NCBI GenBank assembly: GCA_043754515.1
Contig: JAYUUO010000035.1
Coordinates: forward strand, 1 to 56,979
Origin: Armatimonadota bacterium
Lineage (GTDB): Bacteria > Armatimonadota > Armatimonadia > Armatimonadales > Armatimonadaceae
Length of the DNA: 56,979 bases
Direction of reading: 5' to 3'
A program made the translations under genes and the position numbers. The notes under the pieces were generated by a model. That model was not told the DNA's origin, ran no database searches, and saw only the letters and a list, made by a program, of their open reading frames with translations. Positions 10,276-19,461 of the stretch are shown here, in pieces; position 1 is the stretch's first letter, and each line of letters starts with the position of its first letter.

Positions 10276-10340
10276 ACTAATTTTGGCGTTCGGTAGCCGA
10301 GTGCCTGATATGGGCGTCTCTCATTGTAAAACGACAGGTA
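10272..10340 (-). mobile_element. IS3-family transposase C-terminal remnant
   Basis: YLSFYNERRPYQALGYRTP matches the IS3 integrase-core tail YNxxRPHxxLgyxTP. Confidence 0.7.
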
Positions 10341-10453
10341 ATGACCTGAGAAGTGTACGATCATTAAGGCGTCGTGCCCCACGATTGTAACACAAGTGCG
10401 TACCGCGTCCTTCCGCCGAACCGCCAAACCGTACTGCGTGACGCACGTGGGCA

Positions 10454-11488
10454 TCACGGCGCGGCTCCGATCAGCCCCGACACGGCGGAAACCGCCTGCG
10501 CCTCGCGCTCGTCCCAGCTCCCGGTCAGCGTCCGGTGCGGGTAGCCGTGTGCTTCGAGCAGGGCGCGGCAGTCGCTCTCGAACCGCGCCCGGTCGGCGTG
10601 GGCCGGCTGAATACGTTGCCCCTCGCGCTCCCACTCCTCGTGCGCGGACTGGATCAGATACAGGTCGTAGCGTTGCCGCGCCACCTGCTCCGTCACGAAC
10701 GCGGGCACGGTGCCGAGAAACAGGCGGCAATACAGAAGCGTGACGACGGCTTCCGTGTCGGAGAAAACCACGCGGTCGCACTGCCGCGCCATCGCTTCCA
10801 CGCTCGCCGCCTGCCCGACGATGAACCGGCGCATCGTCTCGGCGTCGAACCCGCCCGGCGCATATAGTCGTTCGAGATCGGCTTCGGGGATCGTTTCGAG
10901 GTAGGTCCGGGCGTACTCGGGCGCGAAAGTCGTGCCGAACCGCGCCGCCAGCCGCGCGGTCAGGGTGGACTTACCGCACGATTCCGGCCCGACTATCGCG
11001 ACACATCGGGCGAAATAGGGGCGGGTCGCGGGGAGCAAAAACTCCCAGTTCGCGAGCGGATCTTCCCGGATCGCCGTACCCGAAGTCGGGAAGCGCGTCC
11101 GGGCGTGATCCACCGGGATGTAGACCGCGCTCAGTGCTTCCGCGAGGGGAAACCCGTACTCCTCGGACGCGAACACGTAGTCCGGTTGTTTGCCGCCCGG
11201 CTCGCGACGTAGCAGGGACTCGCGCCACAGCCGCCAGAAGTTTCCCGGGTCCTCCTCGGGCGTTTGCGGGAGCGGGTCGGGGTTGTAGACGACCCGGATG
11301 TTGTCGCGGCCCGCGAACGTTTCGCGCATCCAGCGGAAGCGTAGTTCGCCGGGGATCGGCTCGGTCGGCGTCGCGCAGACATGCACCGTGACCGAGTCCG
11401 TAAATCCGGCGGCGAAGTTGACGAGGTACTCGTGCCCACAGTGTGGCGGCAGGAACTTGCCCAGTATCAGGCCGGTCGTTATCATCAT
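10454..11488 (-). CDS. nadR: NadR-like NMN adenylyltransferase / ribosylnicotinamide kinase (no HTH)
   Basis: GKFLPPHCGH (HxGH), SGTAIR, GPESCGKST P-loop, PEYAR. Confidence 0.85.
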   Translation of the reverse strand: MMITTGLILGKFLPPHCGHEYLVNFAAGFTDSVTVHVCATPTEPIPGELRFRWMRETFAGRDNIRVVYNPDPLPQTPEEDPGNFWRLWRESLLRREPGGKQPDYVFASEEYGFPLAEALSAVYIPVDHARTRFPTSGTAIREDPLANWEFLLPATRPYFARCVAIVGPESCGKSTLTARLAARFGTTFAPEYARTYLETIPEADLERLYAPGGFDAETMRRFIVGQAASVEAMARQCDRVVFSDTEAVVTLLYCRLFLGTVPAFVTEQVARQRYDLYLIQSAHEEWEREGQRIQPAHADRARFESDCRALLEAHGYPHRTLTGSWDEREAQAVSAVSGLIGAAP

Positions 11489-12789
11489 CCTTCCGCCCAT
11501 TCGGGTGGGTCGGCCAGGCGATACAGCATTTCGCCCGCCTTCGGGACGTACAGAACCCCTTCATCCTCGCGGCCCACATAGTCTCCGACTTCTATGGAGG
11601 CCGGGTCGCGGTAGCCCAGACCGATGCGCCGACATGTGTCTTCAGGAATGCCCGTCGCGAGCGTCACCCGGATGCGCGGCTTCTCGACACCGTTCTCGAA
11701 CGTGCCGACGCCGCGTACGTGCGTCGAATGCGCTAGTATTCCCCACGGCTCGTCCTTGAAATGATCCCAGTCCGCGAGGAAGTAGTCGCGGATGTGGTAG
11801 CCGATCCGCTCGATCCGTTCGCCGTGGACGCTCGACACCACGCGGATGTGCGGGGCGTAGATAATCAGTTCGCCGCCGTCGGCGACGACCGGTTCCAGTT
11901 TGTACATGCACTTGCCGCCGACCCAGAGGTCGGTGTACATAGGCGGCGCGCGCGATAGCACGGTCTGAAACGGTTTCTGTTTATGGACGATGTGAAGTTC
12001 ACGACTGAGATCCGCCGCCCGCGACCAGGCGGCTTGCGGTTCGCCCGCGTATAAACCCGCGAGTCCCCCGTCGCCACGGACACACAGGCAGAACGCTGTT
12101 GTCGGCACCGTGACGAAGGCCGCCGCCCGGTCAATCACGCGGCGAACCGGCGTCAACTTGTGCCCGATGACGCGGGGACTGGTGATCACCGCGCCCAGCC
12201 AGTGGAAGAAGTTGAGCAACTCCGCGCCGCCGATCCCCGGAAACAGGTACTTGTTGCCGCCCGAAAACCCGACCACTTCGTGCGGAAATGTCGGCCCGAC
12301 GATCATCAATCGGTCGTAATTGAAGATATGCCGGTTGATCGTGACCGGGATGTTTACCGAGAATCGGCCCTCCGTCAGGAGAGCGATCTCGTCCGCGCCG
12401 ATAATCCCGACTCGCGTCAGTGCGTCCGGGTCATCCCAGACATGGTTAAAAACGCGCACGCCCGCGTACCGGCTCCCCCGCTCCTCCGGCGTGATCTCGA
12501 GGCGGTGGTTGATCGCCGCCTCTGACATCGGCGGGTGCGTGCCGAGCGCGATCATCACGTCAACACCCGCGCCAGCGTCGGTCAACAGTTCGTGTAGCAA
12601 GCGGAACAACAGACCGATCGGCGCGGATCGGGTCGCGTCCGGGATGATCAGGAGCACACGTTTGCCGGATAGCGCGATCAGGTCCAGCGTAGACGCGATC
12701 ACGGCGTGTGCTTCCGCCTCGGTCAAAACACGATCCGTATAGCCCACTCCGAATATATCCGTTGGTTTCATCGTTTGCGCCATCACCAC
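11485..12789 (-). CDS. lactate racemase (LarA/DUF2088) family protein
   Basis: PDATRS, IALGTH, PHEVVGFSGGNK motifs. Confidence 0.9.
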   Translation of the reverse strand: MVMAQTMKPTDIFGVGYTDRVLTEAEAHAVIASTLDLIALSGKRVLLIIPDATRSAPIGLLFRLLHELLTDAGAGVDVMIALGTHPPMSEAAINHRLEITPEERGSRYAGVRVFNHVWDDPDALTRVGIIGADEIALLTEGRFSVNIPVTINRHIFNYDRLMIVGPTFPHEVVGFSGGNKYLFPGIGGAELLNFFHWLGAVITSPRVIGHKLTPVRRVIDRAAAFVTVPTTAFCLCVRGDGGLAGLYAGEPQAAWSRAADLSRELHIVHKQKPFQTVLSRAPPMYTDLWVGGKCMYKLEPVVADGGELIIYAPHIRVVSSVHGERIERIGYHIRDYFLADWDHFKDEPWGILAHSTHVRGVGTFENGVEKPRIRVTLATGIPEDTCRRIGLGYRDPASIEVGDYVGREDEGVLYVPKAGEMLYRLADPPEWAEG

Positions 12790-12849
12790 AACCTTTCGCT
12801 TCCAAGACCTCTAATCCCTTCCGACATTCACGGACTGTTCAAAAGGTTT

Positions 12850-12970
12850 AGGAGTTACGCGGTTGGTAGGTTCCGCCTCCCGTATTCGTCCGTCCGAAGG
12901 ACGTCCGGCAACGAAGTTGCCTATAGACACGGGTTTTAACCCACGTTCCTTGACGAACCGCGTAACTCCT
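12850..12970. mobile_element. 121-bp MITE-like element
   Basis: Perfect terminal IRs AGGAGTTACGCGGTT / AACCGCGTAACTCCT flanked by direct repeat AAGGTTT (12843-49, 12971-77); internal palindromes. Confidence 0.8.
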
Positions 12971-13333
12971 AAGGTTTATGCGCATTAATAATTCACTCTA
13001 CCTTCAGGTCACTGAGCGTGATGATTTGGCGGAACACAGATGGGAAGGGCGGAGTAGGTGTACCACGACTCGATTTGCCAACCTGCCCATGCTCGATCCG
13101 GGTACCCGCGCGCGGCGCGCCCACCGGAACGGTTCACCGTCCGTACAGTCCCGTGTCGCGGACGCTCCACATCCCGACCTGTGGGAGAAATATAACGAGA
13201 GCGATGTGCCTATGATGCGATCGCCCTGCTTCACCATGTGACAGAACACGCGAGTAACAGGTAAAATGGTACGGGGAGCGGTCATGTCCGGTGGACTCCC
13301 GCTCTAGCAAATGAAGAAGTCAAGGGGCTAAAG

Positions 13334-14209
13334 ATGTCAAATACAGGTACTGTTTCTAGTATGCTACCGGTGACGCTGAGCGAATCGCAGACCGAGGAGT
13401 TCATTACGAGGGGCTTCACCGTCGTCCGCGGGGCGTTCCCGCGCGGAGAGAGCATAGATTGGGTGCGCGAGGAGTGTGCGCTGGCTGGGTACAATCTCGA
13501 CGATCCCGGCACATGGGCGTTGGACTATGTTCGCCTCCGAACCACGCGTAAGGAGCGGATCGAAACCTACGCCCCAGTAGCCTGGGGCGCGATATGCGCC
13601 CTCATGGGCGGCGCGGGGCGTATACGTAACCGCGCAGCGATTGACCTGATGGCGGTTAATCTAAGCCAGGGGGCGGATCGCCCGTTCGTCCCGCCGTCCC
13701 CCGCCGCGCCGGGATGGCACAAGGACGGTTGGCACTTCCGGCACTTTCTGGACAGCCCGGAACAGGGATTCTTAGGCATACCCCTCCTGACCGATGTCTT
13801 GCCTCGGGGTGGGGCGACATTCATCGCGGCAGGATCCGTGGGTCCGGTCGCGCGGTTCCTCGCCGAGCATCCCGAGGGCGTGATGCCGAACGACTTTCCC
13901 GTGCGCGAACTGCTCTCGTCGTCCGGCGTCGAGTTCCTGGAAGCGACCGGCGAGGCGGGTGATTTTTACCTACTCCATCCCTACCTCCTCCATGCCACGT
14001 CGCAAAATGCACTACGCCGACCGCGCGCCATCTGCAACGTCCTGATCGAACTTACCGAGCCAATGCGATTCGACCGGACGGACAACGATTACTCGCCAGT
14101 GGAGCAAGCGATCCTGCGGGGCCTAGGCGTGGAGCGGTTTGACTTCGCCCCAACGCGGGAGCGGTACCGGACACCCGATTACGGCCCCATTGACCCCAAG
14201 TTGCGTTGA
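13334..14209 (+). CDS. phytanoyl-CoA dioxygenase (PhyH)-like Fe/2OG oxygenase
   Basis: F..RGFTVVRGAF, WHKDG (HxD), GEAGDFYLLHPYLLHA. Confidence 0.85.
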   Translation: MSNTGTVSSMLPVTLSESQTEEFITRGFTVVRGAFPRGESIDWVREECALAGYNLDDPGTWALDYVRLRTTRKERIETYAPVAWGAICALMGGAGRIRNRAAIDLMAVNLSQGADRPFVPPSPAAPGWHKDGWHFRHFLDSPEQGFLGIPLLTDVLPRGGATFIAAGSVGPVARFLAEHPEGVMPNDFPVRELLSSSGVEFLEATGEAGDFYLLHPYLLHATSQNALRRPRAICNVLIELTEPMRFDRTDNDYSPVEQAILRGLGVERFDFAPTRERYRTPDYGPIDPKLR

Positions 14210-14296
14210 CATCGGGCGACTATAGCAATGCAAACCCGATTCGCGGAGACGACGGCGTTACACACTCCGTATATCCATTAGAGGTAAATAAATATC

Positions 14297-15667
14297 GTGC
14301 CACCGATCACAGTTTCGCCCGGTGACTTCCTCGTCATCGGGACGCTGGTACTCTTGGAAGGGTTGCTTTCGGCGGACAACGCGCTGGTACTCGCTATACT
14401 GGTCAAGCATCTGCCGAAGCACGAGCAGAAGCGGGCGTTGCTCTACGGGCTGGTCGGCGCGTTCGCGCTACGCGCTGTCGCGATATTTTCCGCCCGCTAC
14501 CTGATGGGCGTCTGGTGGCTGTGCGGCGTCGGCGCGTGTTACCTGCTATGGCTCGCGGGGCACCACTTCGTCGCTACTGATGAGCCGGGGGCGAAGGGAA
14601 AGTCTGTCTCGGGGGGCCGGTTCTGGGTCACGGTGGCACAGGTCGAGTTTACTGACCTCGTTTTCGCCGTGGATTCCATCCTCGTCGCGGTCGCGCTCGT
14701 CCACAGACCGGAAAAGATCTGGGTGGTGTATATAGGAGGCTTTATGGGCATTTTCCTGCTCCGCCTCGCCGCGTCGTATCTCATCCGCTTGATCACCCGT
14801 TATCCCGCGCTCGACCACATGGCGTACGGCCTTGTCGGTTGGGCGGGCATAAAACTAGCGTCCACCGCAATGGATATTCGCGCCGACTCCCTCGGACTTC
14901 CGGAGCCACATTTTCTGCCACAATGGGCATTCTGGGCGGGCTTCTCCCTGATCGGATTAGCAGGGTCCTTCTACGCGACTCGGGCGGGGCAAGCGTCGCC
15001 CAACAGTAAACAGCGCGACGGCGTGTCAACACCCGCGGACAGCGGAGGACTATCCGCGACAGCCACCGTGACCATACCCCACCCGGTCATACCGATACGC
15101 AGGAATCGCGACCCATCCCTGAGAAATAGGCCGACGATGTTCGTCTTACGTCCCGCCACGCCCCTTGATGCCGATAAGTTATCCCCCGTGGCAACTACGA
15201 CATTCGCTGACGGCTGGGCGGACATCATCGGGGTGACTATCGCGGAGGGCTACGCCCAGAAGCATTTGACCCCCGAGCGGCTACGTTCCGAAATCGCGGA
15301 CACGGGCGTCGCCGTGTTTCTACTCGCGATCAACGCCGCCACGAGCGCGATCATCGGTTACGCCAAACTAGACACGGGACGCGCGGCGCACGAGAGCGTG
15401 ACTGGACAAGCTCCGGTACTTCTACAACGCCTCTACGTCGCCGAAGCGGGGCGCGGCACCGGCGTCGCCGACCTCCTGCTGGCAGAAATCGAGGGGGAAG
15501 CGGCAGCACGTGGTTTTCGCACGCTCTGGCTAGAATGCGATCCCCATAATCGGCGCGCCTGGGCATTTTATGAGAAACGAGGGTTTGCGGCGCGCGCCCC
15601 TTCCCCATACCATTACCCCGGCGGCGTGAACGAAAACGTACGCGTTATGGAGCGAGCAATCTCTTAG
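14297..15667 (+). CDS. TerC-family membrane protein read in frame into a GNAT acetyltransferase
   Basis: LEGLLSADNALVL and DLVFAVDSI (TerC); RLYV..GRGTGVA and N.RA..FYEKRGF (GNAT); internal ATG at 15137. Confidence 0.85.
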   Translation: MPPITVSPGDFLVIGTLVLLEGLLSADNALVLAILVKHLPKHEQKRALLYGLVGAFALRAVAIFSARYLMGVWWLCGVGACYLLWLAGHHFVATDEPGAKGKSVSGGRFWVTVAQVEFTDLVFAVDSILVAVALVHRPEKIWVVYIGGFMGIFLLRLAASYLIRLITRYPALDHMAYGLVGWAGIKLASTAMDIRADSLGLPEPHFLPQWAFWAGFSLIGLAGSFYATRAGQASPNSKQRDGVSTPADSGGLSATATVTIPHPVIPIRRNRDPSLRNRPTMFVLRPATPLDADKLSPVATTTFADGWADIIGVTIAEGYAQKHLTPERLRSEIADTGVAVFLLAINAATSAIIGYAKLDTGRAAHESVTGQAPVLLQRLYVAEAGRGTGVADLLLAEIEGEAAARGFRTLWLECDPHNRRAWAFYEKRGFAARAPSPYHYPGGVNENVRVMERAIS

Positions 15668-16533
15668 AACAGCGCGAGTTGAACCGAATGGGAGCGGGCG
15701 CGGTATACGAGTGACGGTTTGTCGCGCAACGCGACTTCGACCGCGGCGGGTGACGACTTGTATCCGGCGGCGAGGTACCGCTTCTTCCAGTAGCCGAGTG
15801 CCATGCGCGGCGTGTTGTTGACGTTCGACAGGTGCGACAGCCAGGCACGAACCGCCCCCCGTTCCGCGACATGCGACAGGAGAAAGTCGCACGCCGCATT
15901 ATTTGATAAATGCCCTTCGCGCGAAAGAATACGCGCTTTCACCGAGTCGGGATACGGCCCGAATCGCAATTTATGGATGTCGTGGTTCGATTCCAGCATA
16001 ATGAGGGACGCGCCGACGCACGCTTCTTTGAGTTCCGGTGTTAGCGTCCCGGTGTCGGTGGCGTAACATAAGGCGAAGTCGCGGTAGGCTACCCGGAAGC
16101 CGACTGGATCAGCGGCGTCGTGCGTGGTACGCGGCGCGTGAAGGCCGAACACTCCCACCGCGATCTCACCGTTCGCGGCTACCGACACCGTCGGGGCGTC
16201 GCGCCCTTCCTGGGTCAGAAGCGTCTGAAGCGTCCCCTCCGTGGCGATCAGCGGCACTTTATACCGCCGCGCGAACGGCACGGCCCCCCGGACGTGGTCA
16301 ATATGCTCATGGGTGAGTAGCACGCCGACCAGCGACTCCGGGGCAATGCCGCGCAGTTTCAACTCGCGCGTGATAGTTCGTACCCCGACCCCAGCATCCA
16401 CGAGAAGCGCGGAGCCACCCGCGACGACCAGTACCGCGTTTCCAGAGGAGCCGGAAGCGAGGCAGTGCACGGTTATGTCTTCGCCGGGGAACATCCCTTC
16501 ATTGTACGCAACGTAGTGCCACGCGTCAAACAA
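15664..16533 (-). CDS. MBL-fold metallo-hydrolase (YycJ/WalJ-like)
   Basis: LASGSSGN, LTHEHIDH, HDAADP, ESNHD, GHLSN. Confidence 0.9.
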   Translation of the reverse strand: MFDAWHYVAYNEGMFPGEDITVHCLASGSSGNAVLVVAGGSALLVDAGVGVRTITRELKLRGIAPESLVGVLLTHEHIDHVRGAVPFARRYKVPLIATEGTLQTLLTQEGRDAPTVSVAANGEIAVGVFGLHAPRTTHDAADPVGFRVAYRDFALCYATDTGTLTPELKEACVGASLIMLESNHDIHKLRFGPYPDSVKARILSREGHLSNNAACDFLLSHVAERGAVRAWLSHLSNVNNTPRMALGYWKKRYLAAGYKSSPAAVEVALRDKPSLVYRARSHSVQLALF

Positions 16534-16553
16534 TTGTTCGAGCCAGAAACAGG

Positions 16554-16586
16554 GTCGGCTCCCCCCAACTAAGGGAAGGAGCCGAC
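16554..16586 (-). terminator. hairpin downstream of the S8 peptidase
   Basis: GTCGGCTCC...GGAGCCGAC 9-bp stem; weak U-tract. Confidence 0.45.
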
Positions 16587-16614
16587 AGAGTACGTGATCA
16601 TCCGAAAGGGCGGG

Positions 16615-18546
16615 CTAGTCCTCCGGGTCGGGTACCAGTAGCCCCAGCACGCCGCCGCCCCAAAGCTGCGAGTCACCACCCGCGTACGACCCGCTCAAGT
16701 CACCCGCCATTCGCGGCAACGGCGGCGTGATATCAGTACCGTTCCCGCCCCACACCACGTTATTCGCGTTCACCAGAGCAGCGTCATTGGTGGTATAGGA
16801 TCGGTAAGGAGGAAGCAGATCCGTGCCGTTGCCACCCCACACCACGTTGTCTCCATAGACGAGCGCGGTTCGTATCGGCGATGCGATATCGGTGCCGTTC
16901 CCGCCCCACACCACGTTACTGCCGTAGACCAGGCTATCGTCCCACAGCCTTGATATAGGCGACGCGATGTCGGTGCCGTTCCCACCCCACACCACGTTGC
17001 TCCCCCATACAACCCGCGCCTGATCAATGGTCAACCCGGTTCTACCGCCCCAAAGAAGCGAGTTGCTCCACGACAACCCCGGACGCGACAGAATAACCGG
17101 GATGGTCGCCCCCGCCCACGGCGCATTCTCGCCCGCGATCAAACTACACATCGGCAGATTACCGGTAAAGCCGCAGCCGGGACGGATACATTGCGCCATT
17201 CTGACCGCGCCCGCGATGTTTAATTCGCCCGTCCCTTGCACGAACGGGTCGTAGTAGCCCGTTACCTGTGTCACCGGATCGTAACCGGAGAGAACCTGCG
17301 CGGTGAACATCATCGTCGCCTTCACCGCGACCGGGGTCAGTCTGTCATTCGCACCGATCATCAGAGCCGCCGCGCCACTCACGAGTGCCGTGCTCATTGA
17401 GGTGCCGGTCAGTCTCGCGTAGTCGGGCGAGGTCGAGAGGCGGGTCTGGATCGGGTAGAGCGTATCCAAGGTGGCACCGGGGACGCGGAGGGAAACGATG
17501 TCGTTGCCCGGCGCGACGAGGTCCGGCTTGATCAGCACGTCGTACGCGGTCGGGCCACGCCCGGTGAATGAGGTGATCGTATCGTCGCTACGCGCGGCGG
17601 TGCCACGCGTGTTGCTCGCGCCGACCGTGATGACTTTGGGGTCGTTGCCGGGCGCGCCGACAGTGCCGTACACGCCGCCGAAGTTGCCCGCCGAAGCGAC
17701 CACCACCAGCCCGGCGTCAACGGCACGCTCCGCGGCTTGGCAGATCGGGTCACCCGCCGAGGGTCCCGTGACGGTGGTAGACAGGGAAAGGTTGACGACG
17801 CGAAGGTTGTACTGGGTCTTGTGCGCGACACACCAGTCCAGAGCCGCGATGACGTCCGAGGTGCGCCCGGCACCGAACGCGTCGAGCACCTTCAGACCGA
17901 CGAAGTGTACGGCAGGCGCGACACCCCGGTAATTACGCTTCAAGCCGTTCGCGACACTACTCGCCCCGCTCCCCCCGATCAGTCCGGCGATATGCGTGCC
18001 GTGTCCGTAGTCGTCATAAGGGGTGTTATCATAGCCGTTAACATAATCTTTGAATGCCGCGACTCGCTGAGCCAGGTCGGGGTGCGTGCCCATGATGCCG
18101 GAGTCGATCACGGCGACGCCTATGCCGTCTCCCGTTTGATCACCTTCATAGCCCGACACACCGTTCACGATGTCGGTGCCGATGGCGGCGCGATCCACGT
18201 CCAGTTTCTGTTTACCCTGCGCTCGGACCACGCGATCCGCAGTCACCGAAACGATGCGCGGGTCGGTAGCGAGCTTCGCAACCTGCCCCGGCGTCGCCTC
18301 AACGACCGCGCAGTTCATCCCGGATATAGTGCGCCCGAGACGCATAACCCTGCCGCGAAGTGACAGTCGGAAGGAACGCCGGGGGAGTTCGTCGTTGTCA
18401 CGTACCCAAACGATGTATCGCTCGGAGCGAGCAACATTGCTCAGGCGGGAGAGAGGCACCTTGGCAAGGGCGGCGGTGCCGGAAAGAGTAAGCCCGGTTA
18501 TTGCAAGACAAGAACAACCCACCATCGAGCGTAGATTCTGTTTCAT
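16615..18546 (-). CDS. secreted S8 (AprX-like) serine peptidase with C-terminal VVWG repeats
   Basis: Signal peptide; IDSG, GHGTH, GTSMS catalytic triad; AGAGGA RBS before ATG 18546. Confidence 0.95.
   Translation of the reverse strand: MKQNLRSMVGCSCLAITGLTLSGTAALAKVPLSRLSNVARSERYIVWVRDNDELPRRSFRLSLRGRVMRLGRTISGMNCAVVEATPGQVAKLATDPRIVSVTADRVVRAQGKQKLDVDRAAIGTDIVNGVSGYEGDQTGDGIGVAVIDSGIMGTHPDLAQRVAAFKDYVNGYDNTPYDDYGHGTHIAGLIGGSGASSVANGLKRNYRGVAPAVHFVGLKVLDAFGAGRTSDVIAALDWCVAHKTQYNLRVVNLSLSTTVTGPSAGDPICQAAERAVDAGLVVVASAGNFGGVYGTVGAPGNDPKVITVGASNTRGTAARSDDTITSFTGRGPTAYDVLIKPDLVAPGNDIVSLRVPGATLDTLYPIQTRLSTSPDYARLTGTSMSTALVSGAAALMIGANDRLTPVAVKATMMFTAQVLSGYDPVTQVTGYYDPFVQGTGELNIAGAVRMAQCIRPGCGFTGNLPMCSLIAGENAPWAGATIPVILSRPGLSWSNSLLWGGRTGLTIDQARVVWGSNVVWGGNGTDIASPISRLWDDSLVYGSNVVWGGNGTDIASPIRTALVYGDNVVWGGNGTDLLPPYRSYTTNDAALVNANNVVWGGNGTDITPPLPRMAGDLSGSYAGGDSQLWGGGVLGLLVPDPED
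16731..17012 (-). repeat. four NVVWGGNGTD coding repeats
   Basis: Four DNA copies of cc(g/a)ccccacaccacgtt with variable spacers. Confidence 0.9.
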
Positions 18547-18666
18547 TACTAATCCTCTGAACACCTCTTCTATCCGAAAAAGGTTTGCACGGGCGAAGTT
18601 CAAGACGATTATTGGCCAAAGCGGGGTTCATCTTTGCCCCTTTCGAGGCAGATTTCCGAACTATTT

Positions 18667-19368
18667 TTAGCGCGCCAATGGGATAACGAAGGAACTTTTA
18701 GTGACAACAGGGGCGGTCCAGCGGCGTAGGAAACCGGCGACACGGCCACGTTGTAGGCGCAAGTCGGACTCATCACGCGCACTCACGCATGCCATCCGTA
18801 GGGTACCACCGGAAGCCCCTACCACTGCCCACAGCAAGTCAACCCCGACCGTACCGTCCGCGCGGCGTGTGTAAGCAGTGCGCTCGAGTGCCACTGCTCC
18901 CGTGGCTCCGATGCGCACGCGGCGTACCTCGCTGACACGAACCGTGCCTTTCCCACTCAGAACCGACAGGGCATAAGTGACGGCGTCGAACGCGGCGGCG
19001 GCGGACTGACCCAGTGCCACCGGCACGGTTGGTAGTAGCCGCGTCGCAACTCCACGAGCCGCTCGGCCTCCGTGAGACGCGGGGCGCGCCAGCAGATGCC
19101 GTCGCTCGAGACGGATGCCACCAGTTTTTCGTCCCGCGCAAAGCCAACCGGGTCGGCACTGGGTCGGGGCGTGTCGGGCAGGGCGTGGCATGGCCCGGAG
19201 CGGGGGCGCGGGCAGTACACCCATGAAGCCGTACCCGGAAACTCTCTCGTCCCTTTTTCGGTGTGAAAACCACTGCGTTGCCATTCTAAATTCCGCCCCT
19301 TCCCGACGTCCTGATTCAGTCGCTCCCGCCGGGCTGAAGGTTTGTTGCCTCCGATTCGACAGGCACAC
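18667..19368 (-). CDS. possible hypothetical protein
   Basis: Longest ORF filling the gap; no motif recognised; start uncertain. Confidence 0.3.
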   Translation of the reverse strand: MCLSNRRQQTFSPAGATESGRREGAEFRMATQWFSHRKRDERVSGYGFMGVLPAPPLRAMPRPARHAPTQCRPGWLCAGRKTGGIRLERRHLLARPASHGGRAARGVATRLLPTVPVALGQSAAAAFDAVTYALSVLSGKGTVRVSEVRRVRIGATGAVALERTAYTRRADGTVGVDLLWAVVGASGGTLRMACVSARDESDLRLQRGRVAGFLRRWTAPVVTKSSFVIPLAR

Positions 19369-19461
19369 AGGCGGCGACGCAATGTTCGCTCGATTAGATG
19401 AAAGATACCCGTCGCGCCTGCGCGCTAAACCACCCGCTAAACCACCACCGGCCCGCGCGAA

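Noticed and set aside
12978..13300. Short ORFs between larA and the dioxygenase
   Set aside because: No recognisable motif or RBS in any frame
14210..14296. yybP-ykoY riboswitch before terC
   Set aside because: Two small hairpins only; GGGGAGTA core absent
16731..17012. CRISPR-like spaced repeats
   Set aside because: In-frame coding repeats with synonymous variation inside the protease
18550..18665. c-di-GMP-II-like riboswitch upstream of the S8 peptidase
   Set aside because: Has GGAAA, GATGAA and GTGCAA words and a GAAA hairpin but lacks the GGGCAC pseudoknot partner; TGAACC-N17-CGTC may instead be an ECF promoter
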